Positions 38,327-45,133 of a stretch of DNA of 64,000 nt are shown piece after piece. Position 1 is the stretch's first letter, and the number at the start of each line of letters is the position of its first letter. Both the position numbers and the translations under genes were made by a program. The DNA is from Planctomycetota bacterium (GTDB lineage Bacteria > Planctomycetota > Phycisphaerae > Phycisphaerales > SM1A02), in contig VGYB01000001.1 of the NCBI GenBank assembly GCA_016873115.1, forward strand, positions 151,528 to 215,527, written 5' to 3'. The notes beneath the pieces were generated by a model, which was not told the DNA's origin, did no database searches, and saw only the letters and a list, made by a program, of their open reading frames with translations.

Positions 38327-38812
38327 TCACGGCGTCGCTGGTACGGAATTTCCAGCGAAAACGGCCTGGTGATACGCGTCAATCCAACCGTTGACGGTCT
38401 CGAGCGTGCCGATGCCGGTGGCCTTGCCGCCGGCGGAGAGCCGCGGTGCGCCCACGCCCTTGGGATCGAGGCTCAGGACCACCATCCAGGCATCGCTCCA
38501 GGGTTCGAGCCCCCCGGGGCACGCCTCGGCGGGCGACCCGGGCCAGCGCCCGTCTCCTCCAGGCAGCGTGTCACAGGCGACGGTCGCCGTCGACGCCAGG
38601 TCCTTCGGCCACGCGCCGCTGGCGGACGCCGCGCACAGCATGCGCCAGGCTGTCGATCGCAGCTGCCGATCGGCGATCACGGCGCGCTCGCGCACGCCCG
38701 CCGTGACGATGCCACCCCAGACGAACGCGAATGCGCTCAGGAGCACGAACAGCACGGCGAAGACGATCGCCAGCCGCCGTCCGCCCGCGGTGGATGCCGG
38801 CGGCTCCATCAT
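38327..38812 (-). CDS. Hypothetical N-terminally anchored protein
   Basis: The ATG at 38812 overlaps the stop of the upstream ABC ATPase (ATGA). The product is [34 protein letters not shown] followed by a soluble Cys-containing domain. No family is recognised. Confidence 0.4.
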   Translation of the reverse strand: MMEPPASTAGGRRLAIVFAVLFVLLSAFAFVWGGIVTAGVRERAVIADRQLRSTAWRMLCAASASGAWPKDLASTATVACDTLPGGDGRWPGSPAEACPGGLEPWSDAWMVVLSLDPKGVGAPRLSAGGKATGIGTLETVNGWIDAYHQAVFAGNSVPATP

Positions 38813-39642
38813 CACGCCTTGGCCGCTGGAGCCATGATGCGCTTGCGGTGCGGATCCGCCTCGGGAACCGCATCGACCAGTTCCTTGGTGTACGCCTGCT
38901 TGGGCGAGCGGATGACCTCGTTGCGCGTGCCCATCTCCACGATCTGACCATCGCGCATGACCGCGATGCGGTGGCAGATGTGGTGGATCACCGCCATGTC
39001 GTGGCTGATGAAGAGGTACGAGAGCCCGCGCTCGTCCTGCAGGTCCTTGAGCAGGTTGAGGATCTGGCTCTGGATGCTCACATCGAGCGCGCTCGTGGGT
39101 TCGTCGCACACGATCAGGTCCGGGTCGAGTGCCAGCGCGCGCGCGATCCCGATGCGCTGACGCTGGCCACCGCTGAACTCGTGCGGGTAGCGGTCAGCCG
39201 CCTGCTTCCAGAGACCGCAGCGCACCAGCAGTTCCTCGACGCGGCTACGAAGCTGGTCGCCGGTGGCCAGACCATGCACCAGGAGCGGCTCGCCGATGAT
39301 GTTGCCCACGCGCATGCGGGGATTCAGGCTTCCGCCCGGATCCTGGAAGATGATCTGCATGCGGCGCCGCAGGGTGCGCATGGCCTCAGGTGCCAGCGAG
39401 AAGATGTCCTGCCCGTCGAAGTTGGCCGTGCCCCCGGTGGCGGGAATCAGTCGCAGGATCGCGCGACCGGCGGTGGTCTTCCCGCAGCCGGACTCGCCGA
39501 CCAGCCCGAGCGTCTCGCCCCGGTTGAGCGTGAAACTCACCCCATCCACGGCCTTCACATGGCCAACCGTCCGCTGCAGCAACCCGCGGCGGATCGGGAA
39601 GTGGACCTTCAGGTCCTTCACCTCGAGGATCGGTCGGGACAT
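38812..39642 (-). CDS. Oligopeptide/dipeptide-type ABC transporter ATP-binding protein (OppF/DppF-like), with no permease or binding protein nearby
   Basis: The start is [16 protein letters not shown]. Walker A is GESGCGKTT, the signature is [15 protein letters not shown], and Walker B is [12 protein letters not shown]. The C-terminal oligopeptide-type extension reads [18 protein letters not shown]. Confidence 0.85.
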   Translation of the reverse strand: MSRPILEVKDLKVHFPIRRGLLQRTVGHVKAVDGVSFTLNRGETLGLVGESGCGKTTAGRAILRLIPATGGTANFDGQDIFSLAPEAMRTLRRRMQIIFQDPGGSLNPRMRVGNIIGEPLLVHGLATGDQLRSRVEELLVRCGLWKQAADRYPHEFSGGQRQRIGIARALALDPDLIVCDEPTSALDVSIQSQILNLLKDLQDERGLSYLFISHDMAVIHHICHRIAVMRDGQIVEMGTRNEVIRSPKQAYTKELVDAVPEADPHRKRIMAPAAKA

Positions 39643-39652
39643 GGCCACAAGC

Positions 39653-41155
39653 CTAGCGTCCAGGTGGCTGCATCGGGATCGCCACGGTCTGCGATCGGCC
39701 ATCGGGCAGCACCACGCTGAACTGCACCCGACGGGTGATGTCGGGGAACGAGTTCGACAGGATGCGCTGCAGCCGGGTGTACAGGTCCGACTCACCGAAG
39801 ACGGCCTGCCCCTCGATCGCGATGATCACCGTGCCCTCCGGCAGCGATGCCGCGGCCTCGGAATCATCCTTGACCGACTCGATCAGGACGCCACGCCTGT
39901 GCTGCACACCGAGCGCCGCGCACGCGTCCTCGGTGGCATTGGTGAGTTCAAGCACACCAGCCTTGCGTAGGGCCGACAGCAGCGCGGCGGCGTCGGCCTC
40001 GGCCGGCCGTCGACCGATGACCACCTTCACTTCGCGCACGGTCGGCGGCGCATCGCCTTCGGGCGGTTCCCACAAGAGCAGCCGGGCAGATGAACCCGGT
40101 CGTTGCGTGGCGATCAGGCTCATCAGCGCCTCCATCGTCACCACCGTCCGCTCGTTGATCTCCAGGATCACATCGCCGGGATCGATCCCAGCCCGCTCGG
40201 CAGCCTCGCCAACGCTCACGGCCATCACGGCCAGGCCATCGCGCTCGCACTGCTCGATGGCGGGGATCATGAACTCGGGCACGGCATCCGGATTCCGGCC
40301 TGTGCGCGAGAACCGCTGCTGCAATTCCCGGAGCGACACCGTGTTCACACCCAGATACCCCTGCTCGACCGTGCCCCGCTCGAGAATCTGGCCGACCACG
40401 TTCTCGATGATGTCCATGGGGATCGCCAGACCGATCCCACCGAACTGCCCCTGGCTGAACATGGCACCACGACCGGTGGCGATGGCCGTGTTCATGCCGA
40501 TCACACGGCCATACACATCACACAACGGACCGCCCGAGTTGCCGGGGTTGATCGCTGCATCGACCTGGATGAAGTTCTCGTAGTCGATCGATGAGAGCCC
40601 TGCAGTACGGCCGACCCCACTGACGATGCCCGCACTCATCGAGAAGCGGAAGTCGAACGGCGAACCGAACGCGAAGACGAGTTCGCCCTGCACGGGCGTG
40701 CGCTGCGAGCGCTCGGCAGCCATGAGCCCGGTTCCCGAGGCCCGCAGGACCGCAATGTCCGTGCGGAGGTCGAGCCCGACGATCTCGGCCGAGAGAACGG
40801 CTCCGTTGCTCGTCTGCACCGTGACGATTCCGGCACCATCGACGACATGCGCATTCGTCACCACAGAGCCATCCGAGTCGTAGACCCACCCGCTGCCGGT
40901 GCGCAGGCCGCCGCGACCGTTGATCACGCTCTCCACGAGCACCACGCTCGGTTCGACGACCTGCGCAAGCTCACGCTGTGACTCGCTGATCTCTGCCAGC
41001 ACATTGCGGCGGCCAAGCACCTGGCGTGACTGCTCCGCCTGCAGGGCAGTACGCTCGTCCACCGCGCGCTGGGCGATCCTCGGTGTCGCCCAAAGCACGA
41101 GTGCACAGCTCGCTGCGACCACGGCCGCGGGAGCCAGCGACGAGATGCGCGACAT
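39653..41155 (-). CDS. HtrA/DegP-family serine protease with two PDZ domains
   Basis: The catalytic triad contexts are [14 protein letters not shown] and GNSGGPL. Two PDZ-like regions follow. The start, [21 protein letters not shown] at 41155, overlaps the panB stop (ATGA). Confidence 0.9.
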   Translation of the reverse strand: MSRISSLAPAAVVAASCALVLWATPRIAQRAVDERTALQAEQSRQVLGRRNVLAEISESQRELAQVVEPSVVLVESVINGRGGLRTGSGWVYDSDGSVVTNAHVVDGAGIVTVQTSNGAVLSAEIVGLDLRTDIAVLRASGTGLMAAERSQRTPVQGELVFAFGSPFDFRFSMSAGIVSGVGRTAGLSSIDYENFIQVDAAINPGNSGGPLCDVYGRVIGMNTAIATGRGAMFSQGQFGGIGLAIPMDIIENVVGQILERGTVEQGYLGVNTVSLRELQQRFSRTGRNPDAVPEFMIPAIEQCERDGLAVMAVSVGEAAERAGIDPGDVILEINERTVVTMEALMSLIATQRPGSSARLLLWEPPEGDAPPTVREVKVVIGRRPAEADAAALLSALRKAGVLELTNATEDACAALGVQHRRGVLIESVKDDSEAAASLPEGTVIIAIEGQAVFGESDLYTRLQRILSNSFPDITRRVQFSVVLPDGRSQTVAIPMQPPGR

Positions 41156-42033
41156 CAGCCGCTCCTCGAGGCCAGCGCCCGGCGGAACGCCTCGAGCTGC
41201 TCCGGCGGCATCACGATCGGATGCTCGCCAAGATCGTTCGAGGCCACGCGCTCGCACCAGACGCGGCTGGCCTGCACGAGTCCATCGCCAAGCCGGCAGG
41301 CGGGCGCCGCGAAGGCGGGCTGCCACTCGGTCATGCCCAGCAGGTCATGCAGCACCACAACCTGTCCATGGCACGCGGGCCCTGCCCCGCAACCGATCAC
41401 GGGTACCGAGGATCGCTCGACGATCGCCTGCGTGACTTCGGCGGGTGTCGCCTCGACCAGGAGCATCGAGGCACCTGCATCGAGCATCGACTGTGCATCA
41501 TCCAGGAGCGCCATCGCGCTCTCGACGCTGCGACCCGCGGCGTAATAGCCCCCGTGCTGCATGGCATGCTGGGGGCGGGATCCGATGTGCGCCACCACGG
41601 GAACGCCGGCCCGCACCATGCGCGACACGAGCGGCGCGAAGGATCGATCGACCTCGAGCTTGACGAGGTCCGCCAGCCCCTCGGTCAGGAATCGACCTGC
41701 GTTGCGGATTCCCTCCGCATCATCGGCCTGGTAGCTCATGAAGGGCATGTCGCCCATGACGACCGTGTTCGGCGCACCGCGCTTGACGCCCGCGGTCAGC
41801 GCGAGCAGCACATCGAGCGGTGCATGCACGGTGCCCGGAAGCCCAAGCACGACCTCCGCCGCGGTGTCGCCCACCAGCAGCACATGCACACCCGAACGCT
41901 CGAGCCACCGTGCGGTCGTGGCGTCGTAGCAGGTCAGGCACGCAAAGCGCTGCCCGGCGCGCATCATGCGCAGGAGGGTGCGGATCGTCACCGGCTGTCG
42001 TTCTCCGGCTTCGGTCGAGGTCGCTTCGATCAT
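41155..42033 (-). CDS. panB: 3-methyl-2-oxobutanoate hydroxymethyltransferase
   Basis: The sequence reads LTCYDATTARWLERSGVHVLLVGDTAAEVVLG...VVMGDMPFMSY...VKLE...VPVVAHIGSRPQ...LLVEATP...IPVIGCGAGP. Confidence 0.9.
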   Translation of the reverse strand: MIEATSTEAGERQPVTIRTLLRMMRAGQRFACLTCYDATTARWLERSGVHVLLVGDTAAEVVLGLPGTVHAPLDVLLALTAGVKRGAPNTVVMGDMPFMSYQADDAEGIRNAGRFLTEGLADLVKLEVDRSFAPLVSRMVRAGVPVVAHIGSRPQHAMQHGGYYAAGRSVESAMALLDDAQSMLDAGASMLLVEATPAEVTQAIVERSSVPVIGCGAGPACHGQVVVLHDLLGMTEWQPAFAAPACRLGDGLVQASRVWCERVASNDLGEHPIVMPPEQLEAFRRALASRSG

Positions 42034-42061
42034 GCGGGAAGTGTAGGCGGGGGATGCCCGA

Positions 42062-42751
42062 TCACATCAGCCGTCGAACGGGGTTCACGACCATCCCGTC
42101 ACGGCCCAGGACAAGCACATCGGCCACCTCAAGCGCCTCGCGGAAGCTCTCCTGCGCAGCCTCGAGGTCCCAGCAAGGGCTGAAGACCTTGCCCTGCGCC
42201 AGATGCTCCAGCGTCGGAATCGCGTCACCGCACACCAAGGTGGCACTCGATGCGTCCAGCACCAGCAGACCTGCGCTCCCGGGCGTGACGCCGTACATCG
42301 GATAGAGATCGACCCCCTCGACCAGGTGATCCTCGCAGTCACGGCAGCGCGCAAGCACCGCCATCTCCGATTCGACCAGGCGGATCAGGTCGTGGTCCTC
42401 GGCTTCCTCGGCCTGATCAAGACTCTCCCGGAGGCTCGCCTGCGATGCTTCGCGCTCGCGTTCGGTGATCCACCACTCGGCCTTGTCGAACACCGCAATG
42501 CCGCGCCGGCGCATCGGCTGGAAGCTCGTCAGGAAGACATCGGTGATCGCATCAGGTGGATGGTTGGTGCGCTCCTGCATGCGTGGCACGAGGACCTGCG
42601 TGGGAAGGCTTGGATCGACGATGATGCGTCGACCTGACGCCTCGATGAGCGTGGTCGTGGCGTGCGCGGCACGCACATCGCCCTTCTCGCCCCACAGCGG
42701 ATGGCCGGACATGGCACCGAGCGACAGAACGCGGATCGATGGGGATGCCAT
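42062..42751 (-). CDS. MBL-fold protein with a degenerate metal-binding motif
   Basis: The overall pattern resembles a metallo-beta-lactamase fold (TTLIEASGRRIIVDPSLP ... VTPGSAGLLV ... LVCGDAIP). At the HxHxDH position I read TSFQPMR. Confidence 0.55.
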   Translation of the reverse strand: MASPSIRVLSLGAMSGHPLWGEKGDVRAAHATTTLIEASGRRIIVDPSLPTQVLVPRMQERTNHPPDAITDVFLTSFQPMRRRGIAVFDKAEWWITEREREASQASLRESLDQAEEAEDHDLIRLVESEMAVLARCRDCEDHLVEGVDLYPMYGVTPGSAGLLVLDASSATLVCGDAIPTLEHLAQGKVFSPCWDLEAAQESFREALEVADVLVLGRDGMVVNPVRRLM

Positions 42752-42795
42752 GGGAGGTGCTGCGCAAGGGCTGGGAGTCGTCGATCAGGGATCCA

Positions 42796-43353
42796 TCAAT
42801 CCTGGGCCTGCTCGGCGCGCAAGCGTCCGAGCGGATTCGATGGGTCCTCGAGCTTGGCGCGAAGGGCCCGTTGGACCCGATCAGGCACGAACGGCGTGAG
42901 CGTGTCCATGCTGCCGCCGAACGCGGCGATCTGCCGGATCAGGCTGCTGCTCGCATAGGCGTACTTCTCGCTGGTGAGGATGAAGACCGTCTCGATGCCG
43001 GCGACCTGGCGATTGGTGATGGCCACCTGACACTCGGCGTTCAGGTCCGTGACATTGCGAATGCCGCGGATGATCGCGCTGGCGCGGACTTCGCGTGCGA
43101 AGTCGACGGTCAGGCCCGTGTAGTGCGCCACGCGCACCGTGGCCCCTCGCGGGTGAGTCGCCAGCAACTCGCCCACCAGCTCATTGAGCAGTTCGACACG
43201 CTCCTCGAAGCTGAAGACGCCGGGCTTGTCGGGGTTGTGCCCCACGGCGATCACGATCTCGTCAAAGAGGCCGCGCGCACGCTGCAGGACATCAAGATGC
43301 CCGTAGGTGACCGGGTCGAAGGATCCGGTAAAGACGGCCAGATGGTGTGCCAC
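42796..43353 (-). CDS. coaD: Pantetheine-phosphate adenylyltransferase
   Basis: It has a GTG start. The sequence reads AVFTGSFDPVTYGHLDVLQRARGLFDEIVIAVGHNPDKPGVFSFEERV...IIRGIRNVTDL..E.Q.A..N. Confidence 0.92.
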   Translation of the reverse strand: MAHHLAVFTGSFDPVTYGHLDVLQRARGLFDEIVIAVGHNPDKPGVFSFEERVELLNELVGELLATHPRGATVRVAHYTGLTVDFAREVRASAIIRGIRNVTDLNAECQVAITNRQVAGIETVFILTSEKYAYASSSLIRQIAAFGGSMDTLTPFVPDRVQRALRAKLEDPSNPLGRLRAEQAQD

Positions 43354-43397
43354 GGGCGCAGTCTATGGTCTTTCGCTCGGTGCGCAGAATAATCGAT

Positions 43398-43562
43398 CGG
43401 TGCGCTTGCACCGCATGCGTCTGGAATCGACCTTCCGCGGGTGGCGGGTGAGTCTGCCCGCTGGGTCTCTCCGGAGTCAGTTGGGAACGGACCACGGGCG
43501 CCACGCTGTTTGGACCCTGGATCGGCCTTGCTCGGTGTGTGCCTCCCCGAGCGAGGCCTTTT
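43398..43562 (+). ncRNA. Candidate small RNA of unknown class (the 5' end is not defined)
   Basis: This call is inferred only from the orphan terminator and from GC-rich local hairpins upstream, for example CGGTGC-GCTT-GCACCG at 43398-43413. I recognise no known RNA family motif. Confidence 0.2.
43524..43562 (+). terminator. Strong plus-strand intrinsic terminator with no plus-strand gene upstream
   Basis: The 12-bp stem pairs GGCCTTGCTCGG (43524-35) with CCGAGCGAGGCC (43547-58), including one G-U pair. The loop is 11 nt. The stem is followed immediately by TTTT (43559-62). On the minus strand the same hairpin has no U-tract. Confidence 0.5.
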
Positions 43563-43606
43563 CCATTGGTGTGTCCTTGCCGGGCGGGGGCGGACCGTGC
43601 GTCGCC

Positions 43607-44122
43607 TCAATCGGCCAGCGAACCCAGGCCCGACTGCTCGAGGATCAGCCTGAAGTTGTCGCTGAACACGAAATTGTGCTCCGGGAACTGCAAGCCGCTG
43701 CGGTTGGCATCGATGTGGCTGAACATCAGGCTGATCTCACCGATGCGCTGCCATGACCCCGTGCGGTGGTCGAGCACATCGATCACGCCCATCGTGCTGG
43801 CGCCGGCGGCGTCCATGCGCTCAATCGTCGCGTCGTAGCGGATCGTCTGCCCAGGAATGACCTCGCGATCGATGCGGGCATCGTTCACCTTCGCCAGGAT
43901 CACCTTTTCCCGGAAGCGATTCACGCTCCCCACCAGGACACCGGCAGTCTGCGCCATGCCCTCGATCATCAGGCTCATGGGCATGACGGGGCATGCCGGC
44001 CCATCCGGACCTGCGGCGAAATGCTGGTGCAGATGCTCCTCGGCCAAGCTCACATTCTTGACCGCCACCATGCGGCGGTTGGCTTCGAAGGTCGTGATCT
44101 GGTCGATCCACATCCATCGCAT
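43607..44122 (-). CDS. Hotdog-fold FabA/FabZ-like dehydratase with a C-terminal extension
   Basis: The N-terminus is MRWMWIDQITTFEANRRMVAVKNVSLAEEHLHQHF....CPVMPMSLMIEGMAQTAG, with the catalytic His and Glu contexts. An extra ~50 aa follow. The track start at 44173 is less likely. Confidence 0.7.
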   Translation of the reverse strand: MRWMWIDQITTFEANRRMVAVKNVSLAEEHLHQHFAAGPDGPACPVMPMSLMIEGMAQTAGVLVGSVNRFREKVILAKVNDARIDREVIPGQTIRYDATIERMDAAGASTMGVIDVLDHRTGSWQRIGEISLMFSHIDANRSGLQFPEHNFVFSDNFRLILEQSGLGSLAD

Positions 44123-44189
44123 GGGCGGGCGTCCTGTCCTCGTGGAGCTCCCTGCGGCCACGGCGCAGCGCACGCCGTGCGGGTCTGCG

Positions 44190-44594
44190 TCAGTGACCGA
44201 GCTTGCGGGCGACGAAGTCGCAGAGGCTCTTCACGGTGAAGAGTTCGCTCACCGATTCGACGCGCCGGTCGATGTCGAAGGCGGCGAAGTTCACATGGGG
44301 CATCTTCTCCTTCAGGAGTGCCATGCCGGCATCGGTGAACTTGCCGTCCTTGACCAGGTCGGGATTGGCCATCAGGTTCTCGGGGAAGAGTTCGCCCTGG
44401 CCGATCTTGAAGGGCCGATCCGGCGTGGTGAAGGCCTTGTCGAGCCGGAAGGTGATGTCGAGGAAGTCGATGCTCTCCGCCCCCAGATCCGTGGTCAGCA
44501 CGGCATCGGGGGTGACATCACCCTCATCGACCCCAAGGGCGTCCACCAGAACGCCCTGAACCTTCTTGAAGATCTCGTCACTCGTCAACGCCAC
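44190..44594 (-). CDS. Atypically long (134 aa) acyl carrier protein
   Basis: The phosphopantetheine-site context is DLGAESIDFLDITFRLDKAF. A ~55-residue insertion lies between this site and the last helix (FTVKSLCDFVARKL). Confidence 0.7.
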   Translation of the reverse strand: MALTSDEIFKKVQGVLVDALGVDEGDVTPDAVLTTDLGAESIDFLDITFRLDKAFTTPDRPFKIGQGELFPENLMANPDLVKDGKFTDAGMALLKEKMPHVNFAAFDIDRRVESVSELFTVKSLCDFVARKLGH

Positions 44595-44652
44595 ATCAGG
44601 CCTCCCTCAAGGGGTCAATGCTCAGAGCGGGTGAATGGGCCGACATCGGCCT

Positions 44653-45063
44653 TCAGGACCCGATCGGTGCAGGAATTCGGACAGGTCGCATGATAAGGCG
44701 GCCAGTGCAAGCCGTGTCCGGCGCAGCATCGCCAAACCGGATCACCGTGGCTGCGCCCTTGAGCTGCCAGCCGCCTTCGGTCTCCCGGTCGAAACTCACC
44801 TCCATGCGCAGCGTGTCGCCTGCCCGCACGAAACTGCCGTACTTGAGCCCCTTCACCCGACCGAGCACGACCCGGCCGCATCCGCGCCCCGCGAGCAGTT
44901 CGCGCCCGGTCTGGACCAGCGCCTCGAGCATGAAGACGCCTGGCAGCACGGGGAAACTCGGGAAGTGGTCCTGCAGGTACTCCTCGGCGATGGTCACGGT
45001 CTTGATCGCAACCACGCGGTCGGCGGACCGCTCGAGCACCTGATCGACGAGACAGAAGTGCAT
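44653..45063 (-). CDS. FabZ-like 3-hydroxyacyl-ACP dehydratase (hotdog fold)
   Basis: The real start is MHFCLVDQVLE at ATG 45063. The sequence continues VVAIKTVTIAEEYLQDHFPSFPVLPGVFMLEALVQTG. The track ORF is over-extended, to 45774. Confidence 0.75.
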   Translation of the reverse strand: MHFCLVDQVLERSADRVVAIKTVTIAEEYLQDHFPSFPVLPGVFMLEALVQTGRELLAGRGCGRVVLGRVKGLKYGSFVRAGDTLRMEVSFDRETEGGWQLKGAATVIRFGDAAPDTACTGRLIMRPVRIPAPIGS

Positions 45064-45133
45064 GCGACGGGAAGGTAGCGAAAGCCACCCAAATTGGCTT
45101 ATCGGCAAGGCCCCGGAACGCCGATGAATCAGC

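Noticed and set aside
43354-43606. Assigning the 43.4-kb gap to SRP RNA, 6S RNA, RNase P RNA or tmRNA
   Set aside because: A CTGTTTGGACCCTGG stretch is faintly reminiscent of the SRP helix-8 flank. However, the conserved GGAAG-AGC core, the RNase P GAGGAAAGTCC box and the tmRNA features are all absent on both strands. I keep it only as an unclassified sRNA candidate.
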